Shown here one piece after another: positions 4,818 through 14,053 of a stretch of 25,139 nt of DNA (position 1 is the first letter of the stretch; each line of letters opens with the position of its first letter). Origin of the DNA: a virus. Taxonomy: Duplodnaviria; Caudoviricetes. The DNA is taken from positions 1 to 25,139 of IMG/VR virus record IMGVR_UViG_3300036855_000017; one strand, 5' to 3'. Below the pieces are notes generated by a model. It saw only the letters and a program-made list of their open reading frames with translations, had not been told where the DNA came from and searched no databases. The position numbers and the translations under genes are program-made.

Positions 4818-6533
4818 GTGGGTCGATTCGATAGCGCGATGACGCGGCTTAGTGACGCCGCTGCGGTGTTGCTCGGACGCAGTGCATACGAAGCGCCGCT
4901 GAACGCGGCAGCCGCACAGATGCAGCTCGATTCGCCCGCGGTGCGCGCGATCCGCAAGCGCATGGGTGGCCAGCTGCAGCCGCAGTCGGTCAGTCAAACG
5001 CGTTGGTATCCGTCGGATCTCGAGTTTGCGGAGCTGCAAGCGGATAGCGGCAACATCGATATTGCTGCGCGCTTGATGCGATCGGCGCGCAAGGACGGCG
5101 TGCTATCGGGCGTGCTGTCAACTCGAACCGCGGGCTTAGTTCGGTTGCCGAAACGCTTTCGCGGCAACGATGAAGTGATCAACTCGCTGGAGCTCGGACA
5201 CGATCAGGTTCGCAGCGTGTTCGATGAAATGTTTCCGCCGACCGAGTGCGCGTTGCTCGCGGCGGATGGCGAGTTGCTTGGCGTCGGCGTTGCCGAGCTC
5301 GTGCAGGTCGAAGGCCGCGACTACCCGGTGTTAGTGCGACTCGATCCCGAGTTCCTGATGTATCGATGGATCGAGAATCGCTGGTACTACCGCAGTGTAG
5401 CGGGCTTGTTGCCGATCACCCCGGGCGATGGCCGATGGATCCTGCACACGCCTGGTGGTCGAATGGTTCCGTGGCAGCACGGGCTATGGAAAGCGATCGG
5501 CCGTGCGTTCATTCGAAAAGAGCACGCGCTTTTTCAAAAGGGCAACTGGGAATCGAAACTTGCGAATCCCGCGCGCGTTGCCTACGCGCCGCAAGGTTCG
5601 AGCGAAGCTCAAAAACAAGCTTGGTTTCGCCAAGTCATGGGCTGGGGGATCAACACCGTTTTTGGTTTGACCCCAGGGTACGAAGCGAAGTTGCTGGAGT
5701 CGAATGGCATCGGCTGGCAGTCGTTCAACGGAACGATCGATCAGTGCAACACCGAAATGATCATCGCGGTCGCGGGCCAAACCGTGACGACCGATGGCGG
5801 CGCGGGATTTCAGAATTCTGACATCCACAAATCAATTCGCGCCGACCTGATCAAGGCGACTGCGGATTCGCTCGCATACACGCTCAACACGCAAGGGATT
5901 CCCGCTTACATCGCGCTGCGCTACCCGGGCGAGGAAGACGCGATCGAAAAGCGTGCGACCGTTGTCGAATGGGACGTCACCCCTCCCAAGGACCGCAACA
6001 GCGAAGCGACGTCACTCGTGAGCGCGGCGAACGCAATTACGCTGCTCGGTCAAGCGCTGCAGTCCACCAGCAGCGCGCTCGACATTGGTGCGCTGTGCGT
6101 TCAGTTCGGCATTCCGATCGTTGGCGACGGCGACGGCGATGGGCTGCCAGACGCGGGCAAGCCGACGCTGCGCTTGATTCCGGGCGGCAAGAGCGAGGGC
6201 GATGTTGTTGCGCCGCTCGATGCGCCCGCGGGCGACAAGACCGCTCAGGATTCTGCGCTCAACGGCGCGCAAGTCGCATCGCTAATCCAGATCGTCCAAA
6301 CCGTCGCCGATGGATTGATCCCGCGCGACGCAGGCGTCGCGATCATCAAGCGCGCGTTTCTCGTCGACGACGCGGGTGCTGAAGAGTTGATGGGCTCGGT
6401 TGGCAAGGGCTTTGTCCCGTCCAACCAACAGCCGACCGCAGAGCCAGCCACGGGTGACACAACTCCCGATGCCGCGCCGCGCGCTGATCCGTCGCCGGAG
6501 CAGTTGACTCCTGACAGCAAGGAGGCGGCGTGA
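4818..6533 (+). CDS. Portal protein (Mu gp29/DUF935-like) with C-terminal extension
   Basis: Position after terL and size. Motifs such as DGVLSGVLSTRTAG, GVGVAELV and IIAVAGQTVTTDGG resemble DUF935. Start may be ATG 4839. Confidence 0.85.
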   Translation: MGRFDSAMTRLSDAAAVLLGRSAYEAPLNAAAAQMQLDSPAVRAIRKRMGGQLQPQSVSQTRWYPSDLEFAELQADSGNIDIAARLMRSARKDGVLSGVLSTRTAGLVRLPKRFRGNDEVINSLELGHDQVRSVFDEMFPPTECALLAADGELLGVGVAELVQVEGRDYPVLVRLDPEFLMYRWIENRWYYRSVAGLLPITPGDGRWILHTPGGRMVPWQHGLWKAIGRAFIRKEHALFQKGNWESKLANPARVAYAPQGSSEAQKQAWFRQVMGWGINTVFGLTPGYEAKLLESNGIGWQSFNGTIDQCNTEMIIAVAGQTVTTDGGAGFQNSDIHKSIRADLIKATADSLAYTLNTQGIPAYIALRYPGEEDAIEKRATVVEWDVTPPKDRNSEATSLVSAANAITLLGQALQSTSSALDIGALCVQFGIPIVGDGDGDGLPDAGKPTLRLIPGGKSEGDVVAPLDAPAGDKTAQDSALNGAQVASLIQIVQTVADGLIPRDAGVAIIKRAFLVDDAGAEELMGSVGKGFVPSNQQPTAEPATGDTTPDAAPRADPSPEQLTPDSKEAA

Positions 6534-8041
6534 CGATCGTTTGGGCGAAAGCCGAGGCGCCTCGCCGCTTCGAATCGCGTAGGCCGTATCTCGCGATCGA
6601 TCCGCGTGCGTTTTTTGAGCTGTTTATGGTCGCGGAGTCGCGACCGAATGAAGTGCGCGACGGGGTGGCGATCGTCGACATCTGCGGGCCGCTCGAACAG
6701 CGCGACACGGGGTGGTGCGATTCGTACGAAGCGATCAAGCGACGCGTCGGCGAAGCGGTCGCAAGTGACGCGCAGTCTGTGTTGTTGAGAGTCGACTCGC
6801 CTGGCGGAGACGTTAGCGGCTGCTTCGAGACTGCGCGTGAGGTCCGCGCGATTTGCGATGCGGCGCAAAAACCGCTGTTCGCGTACGTCGATGGCAAGGC
6901 GTGCAGCGCTGGGTACGCGTTCGCGTGCGCCGCTTCGGCTGGCGTGATGGCGAGCGACACGGCGCTAGTCGGATCGGTCGGAGTCATCAGCACTCGCACT
7001 GATGTGACGGAGATGAACGCGACGCAGGGGTTGCGCGTTGCGCTCGTAACGAGCGGCGCTCGTAAGGCTGATGGCTTTCCGGACTCACCGATCACGGCAG
7101 AGGAGCTCGCGGCGACGCAGTCGATTGTCGACGCCATGGCATCGGTTTTTTTTGGCCTCGTCGCCGACATGCGCGGGCTGACCGCTGCAGCTGTCAGCGG
7201 CATGCAGGCAACGGTCTATCCGGGAGAGCAAGCGGTCAAAGCGCGCCTCGCGGATCGAGTTGTGAATTTCGATACGGCGCTCGCCATTGCGAGCGGAAAG
7301 GAGCCGCTAACAATGGCTGCGAAATCTAGTTACGAGGAAGCCCGAGCCGCGCTCGAAAAAGCCGCGGAGGGCGACGATCACAATGCGGCTGCGGCGCGTC
7401 GAGCGCTCGCTGCGATGGATGAAGGCAACGACGGCAAGGCGGAGGGCGACGACTCCGACAAGGGCGACTCCGACAAGGGCGACTCCGACAAGGGCGACGA
7501 CGACAAAAAGGCGGAGGGCGACGACTCGGACAAGAAAGCTGAGAGCGACGACTCCGACAAGAAAGCTGCTGCTCCGGCTAGCGATGCTGCAGCTGCAAGC
7601 GGCATGTCGAGCGAGCTGAACGCGCTTGCCGAAGTGCACAAGCTTCGCGCTGAGATCGCGGAGAAAGACGCCAAGGAGGAACGCGGCAAGTTGCTCGCGT
7701 CTCGCCCGGACTTCGAGCCAGCGATGATCAAGGCGCTGCAAAAGGCGCCGCTCGCTACGGTGCGCGAGCTCGTCAAGACGTTGCCGAAAAAGCCCGCTGC
7801 GAAGCCCGCTGCGACCACTGCGGTGCAAGGCACGCGCGGTGCTGGTCAAGGCGGATCAGATCCGCAGCCAACATCTGCGGTCACTGAAATCGATCGCGCG
7901 ATGGGGCTGACCGCTTCGTCGCTCGGAGTCGCGAAACGGGATCAGCACTCGCTGACTTTCGGCATCGTGGAAAAGCGCATCGAGCGCAACGTCGCCAAGG
8001 CTTCCTCGAACACACCTAACAACGCTGGGGGTGCAGCATGA
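6530..8041 (+). CDS. Prohead protease (S49/SppA family) fused to scaffold
   Basis: LLRVDSPGGDVSG, ACSAGYAFA, VGSVGVI and SGARKADG S49 motifs, followed by a charged helical C-terminal half. Confidence 0.92.
   Translation: MTIVWAKAEAPRRFESRRPYLAIDPRAFFELFMVAESRPNEVRDGVAIVDICGPLEQRDTGWCDSYEAIKRRVGEAVASDAQSVLLRVDSPGGDVSGCFETAREVRAICDAAQKPLFAYVDGKACSAGYAFACAASAGVMASDTALVGSVGVISTRTDVTEMNATQGLRVALVTSGARKADGFPDSPITAEELAATQSIVDAMASVFFGLVADMRGLTAAAVSGMQATVYPGEQAVKARLADRVVNFDTALAIASGKEPLTMAAKSSYEEARAALEKAAEGDDHNAAAARRALAAMDEGNDGKAEGDDSDKGDSDKGDSDKGDDDKKAEGDDSDKKAESDDSDKKAAAPASDAAAASGMSSELNALAEVHKLRAEIAEKDAKEERGKLLASRPDFEPAMIKALQKAPLATVRELVKTLPKKPAAKPAATTAVQGTRGAGQGGSDPQPTSAVTEIDRAMGLTASSLGVAKRDQHSLTFGIVEKRIERNVAKASSNTPNNAGGAA
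7313..8041 (+). CDS. Nested in-frame scaffolding protein (lambda Nu3-like arrangement), 242 aa
   Basis: In-frame ATG right after the protease domain, with AAGGAG at 7298-7303. Confidence 0.65.
   Translation: MAAKSSYEEARAALEKAAEGDDHNAAAARRALAAMDEGNDGKAEGDDSDKGDSDKGDSDKGDDDKKAEGDDSDKKAESDDSDKKAAAPASDAAAASGMSSELNALAEVHKLRAEIAEKDAKEERGKLLASRPDFEPAMIKALQKAPLATVRELVKTLPKKPAAKPAATTAVQGTRGAGQGGSDPQPTSAVTEIDRAMGLTASSLGVAKRDQHSLTFGIVEKRIERNVAKASSNTPNNAGGAA
7436..7570 (+). repeat. Coding tandem repeats in the scaffold linker (DSDKG x3; KAE-G/S-DDSDK-like x3)
   Basis: Three perfect copies of GACTCCGACAAGGGC at 7451-7495 plus degenerate longer units. Confidence 0.9.
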
Positions 8042-8769
8042 CCGCGCTCGTTCAATCTCGACAGTCCACCCACGAAACGTGGGGGATGCGTCAATTCACT
8101 CTCGCGAGTGGATCGAAGTGCTTCAAAAACGGCATCGCCGCGATCAAGTTGGGCACGGGCACAGTCGTTCCCGGTGCGACCGAAAGCGATTTGTTCGTGA
8201 TCGGAAAGTTCGCGGAAGACAAGGACGCGACGCTTGGCGCGTTGCTCGTCAATGTCGACCTTGGACAAGAAATGCTCGTCGAGTGGTTCGCAAACAACGG
8301 ATCGAATGCCGTTGCTGCGACCGACTTGGGTGCACTCTGTTACATCGTCGACGATCAGACGGTGCAGATCATTCCGGGCGGCGGAAGCGTTGCCGGTCGC
8401 GTCTGGGGAGTCGATTCGATCAAAGGTGTTGCTGTCCAAAAGACTGCATCGTCATCGGCCGGATCTTCGTTGCTCAAAGAAACGCTTGCCGCGTTTGCGA
8501 GCAACAACACGAACGCGCCTTCGACGCCCGGCATTTACGATGTCCCGACCACGTCGGGCGCATCGACGGTGACGCTCCCAGCTGCAGCGGTCGAGGGTTC
8601 TGTCCTCTACTTCGTCGCCGACGGCACGAAGAACGCGAACACCGTTACGTATCGCGATGCCACGGGCACCGTGAGTCTGACAACGGCGCTGACTGCGTCA
8701 AAGCGTCATCTCGTCGTCGCCACATTTCTAAATGGCATCTGGAATGCCAACGCCTACGTCAGCCCGTGA
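8038..8769 (+). CDS. Capsid cement/decoration protein with an extra C-terminal domain
   Basis: Between scaffold and capsid. MTAL... start and DLGALCYIVDDQTV motif typical of Mu-like decoration proteins. Ser-rich linker then a ~90-aa beta-rich domain. Confidence 0.7.
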   Translation: MTALVQSRQSTHETWGMRQFTLASGSKCFKNGIAAIKLGTGTVVPGATESDLFVIGKFAEDKDATLGALLVNVDLGQEMLVEWFANNGSNAVAATDLGALCYIVDDQTVQIIPGGGSVAGRVWGVDSIKGVAVQKTASSSAGSSLLKETLAAFASNNTNAPSTPGIYDVPTTSGASTVTLPAAAVEGSVLYFVADGTKNANTVTYRDATGTVSLTTALTASKRHLVVATFLNGIWNANAYVSP

Positions 8770-8804
8770 TCGCTGACCGACTGACCTAGGAGGGACACAA
8801 ACAC

Positions 8805-9842
8805 ATGCCTGCATTGACCCCAACGTTTCTGATGGATCTCGAGTCTCGGATGCAAATCATTACCGAGAACGAATACAACCGTCTGGCGAGTAATCTTTGG
8901 TGGCCGAAGCTCACCAAGGTTCGAACGTCGACCGGGCGCCGCGATGTGATCACGTGGCTCTTGTCCACTGCGATGATCAAGGATCAGGGCAAGGGTGGAA
9001 ACATCCTGTTCGATGACTTGGTGTCGACGTACACCGAGATCGAAAACAAGTTCTCAGGCGCTGGCCTCGAACTGACGCGCGCACAGCTCGAAGATACCGA
9101 CGGCGGAGGCATGGATCTCGCCGCGCAGTGGTCGGGAGATATCGGCGCGTACATGAGTTATTGGCCGCAAAAGCAAGTGGTCGACGTGCTCAAAAATGGG
9201 CACCTAAGCACGAGCTACACCGGCTATGACAAACTCGCGTTCTTCGCGACCAACCATCCGGTCAATCCGTTTCGGACGAGCGCGGGCACGTACGCGAATC
9301 TGCTGACCGGAGGCGCATCGGGATCGTATCCGGGTGCGTTGCCGATCGACGACACGCAAACGGTCGACGTCGCGTTGCAAAACCTGTCGAAGCTGTTTTC
9401 GTACATCGCAACGATCAAGATGCCAAACGGCGAGGATCCTCGGTTCCTTCGGCCGATGGGCTTGCTGCTTTCGCCGCGTATGTATCCGCGTGCGGTGCAG
9501 CTCACGTCGGCAAAGTTCATCGCGCAAGCGGCGGGCTCTGCAGCTGGTAGCGGCGACGTCGAAGGCTTGATCAAGGCGCTCGGATTCGCGACGCCGATCA
9601 TGGCCGATGAGCTCGCGGGCTTCGAGAGTGACACAACCTATTTCGTGATCTGCGAACAGGTGTCGAGCTCGCAGCTCGGCGCGGTCATCTACACCGAACG
9701 CGAACCGTACCGGATCAATTATTTCGGTCCGGTCGATCAGGTCGAGCTGTCGCGCAAACAGAAACTCGAGTGGCACTGCATCGGGCGCAACGTGGTCTCG
9801 GTCGGTCACCCGTACTTGCTGATCAAGGTCAAAGCGACCTGA
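8805..9842 (+). CDS. Major capsid protein, Mu gpT-like
   Basis: 345 aa, SD AGGAGGG. Motifs GYDKLAFFATNHP, KMPNGEDPRFLRP and terminal VGHPYL resemble the Mu-like gpT family. Confidence 0.9.
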   Translation: MPALTPTFLMDLESRMQIITENEYNRLASNLWWPKLTKVRTSTGRRDVITWLLSTAMIKDQGKGGNILFDDLVSTYTEIENKFSGAGLELTRAQLEDTDGGGMDLAAQWSGDIGAYMSYWPQKQVVDVLKNGHLSTSYTGYDKLAFFATNHPVNPFRTSAGTYANLLTGGASGSYPGALPIDDTQTVDVALQNLSKLFSYIATIKMPNGEDPRFLRPMGLLLSPRMYPRAVQLTSAKFIAQAAGSAAGSGDVEGLIKALGFATPIMADELAGFESDTTYFVICEQVSSSQLGAVIYTEREPYRINYFGPVDQVELSRKQKLEWHCIGRNVVSVGHPYLLIKVKAT

Positions 9843-9851
9843 AAAAACTCA

Positions 9852-9941
9852 TCCGCTCCTTGCGGACCGAGCAGCGTCAACGGTGCGACCTCACTGCCCG
9901 GATCGATTCGATCCCTTTCGGGCGGGTGCGCTGCTCGGTCC
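9852..9941 (+). other. Structured intergenic element after the major capsid gene
   Basis: Perfect 13-bp stem GGACCGAGCAGCG (9864-9876) / CGCTGCTCGGTCC (9929-9941) enclosing further helices. No U tract. Confidence 0.65.
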
Positions 9942-9962
9942 ATTCCCTAACGACGACAAAGC

Positions 9963-10460
9963 ATGTCCAGCTATCTCACGGTCAGTGACTTTCGACTGCT
10001 CTCGCTCATGCCGGGCGAGTTTGTCGACACGCTCGAAACTCGTTACCCGGGTTTTGTCGCGGGGCAGATCACGATCGTTTCGGACTGGATCGATTCACGC
10101 TTGCGCAAGCGTTACGTCGCGCCGTTTGGCGCGCCCGTGCCCGATGTCATTCGCGGATGGTGCGCGCGTCTCGTGACGCCGCGCGTCTGGCATCGACGCG
10201 GTGTTGACCCGACTGACGCGCAGTGGACGCTTGTAAAAGAAGATGCGGACGCGGCATCCGCTGAAGTGTTGGAAGCTGCCAACTCGGAAACGGGTCTGTT
10301 CGATCTTCCGCTCCGCAGTGACACAACGCCCGGTGTTGACGCGATCACTCAAGGCGGTCCGTTCGCATACAGCGAGCAATCGCCATATTCGTGGACCGAT
10401 CTGCAAGGACTCGCAGGCCGACAAGAGGATCAAAACCGCACGGGGGGATCGAGCCGATGA
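9963..10460 (+). CDS. Head-tail connector (Mu gp36/DUF1320-like)
   Basis: MSSYLT start, WIDSRLRKRYVAPF..PVP motif, position after capsid. Confidence 0.8.
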   Translation: MSSYLTVSDFRLLSLMPGEFVDTLETRYPGFVAGQITIVSDWIDSRLRKRYVAPFGAPVPDVIRGWCARLVTPRVWHRRGVDPTDAQWTLVKEDADAASAEVLEAANSETGLFDLPLRSDTTPGVDAITQGGPFAYSEQSPYSWTDLQGLAGRQEDQNRTGGSSR

Positions 10461-10849
10461 GCGGCGATTCCGAGCTCGATGCGATCCTCGCAAAGATCGC
10501 GAGCATTCCGAATCTCGGCGTTGCAGCTGCGCCCGATGTCGCAATCGCGTGCGAGCGCGTGACACGCAACTCGATCGCCGCGGGAACCGATCCCGATGGC
10601 AGGCCGTGGGCGCCTCGGAAAAAGGATGGCGCCAAACCACTGACGCACGCCGACAAGGCGTTGACGGTCGGGAGCACGGGCGCGCTCGTGATCTTGACGC
10701 TGCGCGGTCCGGAAGCGCTGCACCACCTCGGTCGCGCAAAAGGCGGAACGAAGCGCGCAATCATTCCGACCGATGACATTCCGCAGCCCATGGCGGCGGC
10801 GATCGAAGATGCGTTGACTCGCGCGTTCGCTGAGGCGATGTCGAAATGA
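10457..10849 (+). CDS. Virion morphogenesis/tail completion protein (Mu gpG / P2 gpS-like)
   Basis: TDPDGRPWAPRK motif. ATGA overlap places the start at 10457. Confidence 0.8.
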   Translation: MSGDSELDAILAKIASIPNLGVAAAPDVAIACERVTRNSIAAGTDPDGRPWAPRKKDGAKPLTHADKALTVGSTGALVILTLRGPEALHHLGRAKGGTKRAIIPTDDIPQPMAAAIEDALTRAFAEAMSK

Positions 10850-11424
10850 CCGACACCCTCGCGCTTGAGAATCTTTATAACCTCGTAACGGCGCGCTTCG
10901 TTGCTGAGGGAACGGCTGCGGATCAGGCGTTCGGTTGGCGCGAGAAAAACCTCGCAGTCACGTCGAGCGCTCGAATCGTTTGGATTCCGGGCGATGCTTC
11001 CGGAAGCGTCGGGCGCATGGATCCCGCGCGCAACCCTGGCAACAATCCACGCTCGCTGATGACGCTGCGCGAGCTGTTCACCGTTGTGATCAGCGCAGAG
11101 GATCCCGGCAACCCCGAAAACGAACTGGCGCAATACAAGGCAACGCGCTTGCTCGCTGATGCGTGGTTTCGCGCTGTCTATCTCGCTGCACGCGGTACCT
11201 ATGCGTTTGATCGCCTTGATTGGCTCGTGACGCAAAAGGAGCGCCGTTACGGCACTGCGCTGCAAGTCGTCGGCGCCATCCAAGCCATGGTCCCCGATGT
11301 CGCGTTGGTTGGCATGCCACTCGACACGAGCGCGGTGATCGCGATGACCGAGCTCGATCGAACCGAAACACAAACCGAAGTCGCCGCCGACGATCCGAGC
11401 GCGGCAAGTGAGGATCCGCAATGA
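10846..11424 (+). CDS. Putative tail terminator/neck protein
   Basis: Position immediately before the sheath, ATGA overlaps, size. Confidence 0.6.
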   Translation: MTDTLALENLYNLVTARFVAEGTAADQAFGWREKNLAVTSSARIVWIPGDASGSVGRMDPARNPGNNPRSLMTLRELFTVVISAEDPGNPENELAQYKATRLLADAWFRAVYLAARGTYAFDRLDWLVTQKERRYGTALQVVGAIQAMVPDVALVGMPLDTSAVIAMTELDRTETQTEVAADDPSAASEDPQ

Positions 11425-12839
11425 CGCTACCCGCAGTCAATATTACAGAGCTGGACGGTTCGTTAGGCGTATTGCCGACGAGCTCGGGTCGACTGTTCGC
11501 GTTGGTCGGCGCGGCGACCGCTGGGCCGCTCAACACGCCAGCCACGTTTGCGCGTGTCAAAGACATCGTCTCGAACTTCACAAGCGGGCCGCTCGTCGAA
11601 GCCGCGTGCGAGTACGTCGCAAAATATTCGAAGCCCGTGGTGCTCGTTCGCACCGGCAACAGCACCGCAGTGGTCACGGTGCAAGCATCGCCCGCGCCGC
11701 TCGATGACTACGAGCTCGCCGTCAAGATCATCACTGGCGGCACGCGCGGCGTTGCCGGCATTACGTATCAGTACAGCGTTGATGGCGGTCGCACGTGGTC
11801 GGCGACGCAAACGCTTGGCACGGCGTTGGCGTTCACCTTTCCCGCAGCGTTCGGCACGATCGTGTTTTCGATCGCTGCTGGCACGCTGACCGCGGGCGAT
11901 CTGTTCACGGCGCGAACGACTGCGCCGCAGTGGTCGAACACCGAGCTCACCACTGCATTGACCGCTTTGCAAAACAGCGCGGTCAACTGGGAGATCTTGC
12001 ATCCGGTCGGCCCGCTCGATGCGACGAGCGCGGGCCTCGTCGACGCGGCGATCCAATCGATGTTTTCCGCGGGCAAATATCACAGCTGGGTAGGCAACAC
12101 TCGCGTGCCCAACCTTGCCGAAACCGAGGCGTCCTACCTCACTGCGATGGGCACGATCGCGTCGACGTACACCACGATCTACGGATCGTTGTATGCAGGC
12201 GGCATCAAGCTGACATCGAGCGTGAGCGGTCGCAAATACAAGCGCCCGGTCGCGTTCATGACCGCAGCGCGCGAAGCGTCGGTCAGCGAAGAAATCAACA
12301 TCGCCGATCCGAATCAAGCGCCGTTCACTGGCGTTTCGATCCGCGACTCGAACGGCAATCCAGACGAGCACGATGAAGCGGTCAATCCAGGTCTCGACGA
12401 TCTTGGATTCGGCACGTTGCGCACGTGGGACGGGATCGGCGTGTACGTCACGCGCCCGCGAATCTTGTCGCCCGCGGGCAGTGATTTTCAGCTGCAGCCA
12501 CATCGGCGCGTGCTCAATCTCGCGCACGGTGCATTGCGCGCCTACTTCCGAAACCGTTTGAATAAGCCCGTGCTTGTTTCAAGCGCTACGGGCTTCATTT
12601 TGGAATCGGAAGCACTCGAGATCGAGGCGGGCGCACTCGCCGCGATGCGCTCGGTGTTGACGGCGAAACCAAAAGCGTCGGGCGTGCAGTTCTCGCTTTC
12701 GCGTACTGACAACTTGCTGTCAACGAAAACGATGAACGGATCGGCGCGCGTCATCCCGCTCGCATACCCAGAGTTCATCACTCTCGACGTCGGTTTCTAT
12801 AACCCCGCGCTGCAGCTGCTGGCTGCGGCGGCGGCGTGA
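11421..12839 (+). CDS. Tail sheath protein (DUF2586-like)
   Basis: MTLPAVNITELDGSLGV start, LDDLGFGTLRTWDG.GVYVT and SDFQLQPHRRV motifs, 472 aa. Confidence 0.85.
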   Translation: MTLPAVNITELDGSLGVLPTSSGRLFALVGAATAGPLNTPATFARVKDIVSNFTSGPLVEAACEYVAKYSKPVVLVRTGNSTAVVTVQASPAPLDDYELAVKIITGGTRGVAGITYQYSVDGGRTWSATQTLGTALAFTFPAAFGTIVFSIAAGTLTAGDLFTARTTAPQWSNTELTTALTALQNSAVNWEILHPVGPLDATSAGLVDAAIQSMFSAGKYHSWVGNTRVPNLAETEASYLTAMGTIASTYTTIYGSLYAGGIKLTSSVSGRKYKRPVAFMTAAREASVSEEINIADPNQAPFTGVSIRDSNGNPDEHDEAVNPGLDDLGFGTLRTWDGIGVYVTRPRILSPAGSDFQLQPHRRVLNLAHGALRAYFRNRLNKPVLVSSATGFILESEALEIEAGALAAMRSVLTAKPKASGVQFSLSRTDNLLSTKTMNGSARVIPLAYPEFITLDVGFYNPALQLLAAAAA

Positions 12840-12849
12840 AGGGAGCGCC

Positions 12850-13344
12850 ATGGCTGACTTGATTCGCGTCAACGGCAATCAGTTCTCATACGGCTCGATC
12901 ATTCTCAAGCTCGATGGTGATCGCTATTTCGGTTTCACCGGAGTCACGTTCGCCGACAAGCGCGAGCGGGTGAAGGCTTACGGAATGGGTCGACACCAAG
13001 CGCCGATCGGACGGTCGCGCGGCAAGTACAGTGTCGACCCGGTCAAGGTCGTCGGATGGAAAGGCGCCATCCAACGCTTTCGACTCGCGCTCGCTCTCAA
13101 GAGTTCCGATCAAAAGAGTTACGGCGACGTCGAGTTCCAGGCGATCGTTCAGTACGTCGAATCAAGCGACTCGAGTGAGATCGCGATCAACATCGAGCTC
13201 GACCGTTGCGTGTGGTCCGGCAACAGCGCGAGCGACGAAGAAAGCGCCGATCCCCTCAAGGAGGAGATCGAGCTCGACTGCATGTTGATTCGTCGCAATG
13301 GCCTCGTGCTGTTCGATAACACGCAGACCGGCAACCAACTCTGA
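12850..13344 (+). CDS. Tail tube protein
   Basis: Follows the sheath. NGNQFSYGSI and YGMGR...PIGRSRGKY motifs, SD GGGAG. Confidence 0.8.
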   Translation: MADLIRVNGNQFSYGSIILKLDGDRYFGFTGVTFADKRERVKAYGMGRHQAPIGRSRGKYSVDPVKVVGWKGAIQRFRLALALKSSDQKSYGDVEFQAIVQYVESSDSSEIAINIELDRCVWSGNSASDEESADPLKEEIELDCMLIRRNGLVLFDNTQTGNQL

Positions 13345-13388
13345 TCTCGCGCGCCTAACCGATCAACGAAACGAAGGGATCGAAACAC

Positions 13389-13856
13389 ATGACAACTGCC
13401 AACGGTGAAGCGGTGGAAGCGAGCGGCGGTGCCGATTCGCAGCTTGAACAGGTGCGCGCCAAGCGCCGAGCGATCGAACGCGCGCGCGCCGACAAAACCG
13501 CTCGCGAAGCGGCGGCATCTGCACTCGAGGAAGAAACGCGAGCGCTCGAAGATGAGCAAGCGATCCTCGACGCGGAAACGGAACACGGAGCGGACCGAAA
13601 GAAGATCTATGTCTGTCGAACGGCGGCGGGCCTGGTGATCGTGAAGCGACCGCACCCGCTCCTGTTTCGCAAGTACATGGACGGCGACGAAAAGGGATCG
13701 CAAGAAAACGAGCAACTGATCCGCTCGTGTCTTGTGTATCCGAGCGTCGAAAAATTCGATCGCATGCTCGACGATCAGCCCGCGCTGTTGATCGAGCTCG
13801 CGAATAAAGTGGTGTGGCTTGCCGGCTTTCGAGCCAAGGAGGTTTCGGCAAAATAG
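13389..13856 (+). CDS. Tail assembly chaperone
   Basis: Between tube and tape measure. Charged coiled N-terminus. Confidence 0.7.
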   Translation: MTTANGEAVEASGGADSQLEQVRAKRRAIERARADKTAREAAASALEEETRALEDEQAILDAETEHGADRKKIYVCRTAAGLVIVKRPHPLLFRKYMDGDEKGSQENEQLIRSCLVYPSVEKFDRMLDDQPALLIELANKVVWLAGFRAKEVSAK

Positions 13857-14047
13857 TCGAGCTACGAAAACGATCGCGCGACGATCTGGCTCTCAGGATT
13901 TCGTGCGTGCTCGTAGCTCTAGGGACTGGCGACGTTCGGGAGACTGCCGCCGAAACCGAACGCGCATGGGTGGGAGCTTGGATTTTGCTCGATGCTGTCG
14001 ACGAGCTGACTCGGATCCGAAAGTCACTGACGGCGCCCGCAAAGTGA
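13853..14047 (+). CDS. -1 frame extension of the tail chaperone (G-T type fusion)
   Basis: Open -1 frame fills the gap to the tape measure gene and has no good start of its own. GCA AAA TAG junction with AAGGAGG just upstream. Confidence 0.65.
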   Translation: MVELRKRSRDDLALRISCVLVALGTGDVRETAAETERAWVGAWILLDAVDELTRIRKSLTAPAK

Positions 14048-14053
14048 TCGCAC

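Noticed and set aside
9864-9941. tRNA, hammerhead ribozyme or intrinsic terminator
   Set aside because: No cloverleaf with conserved D/T loops, no CUGANGA core on either strand, and no U tract.
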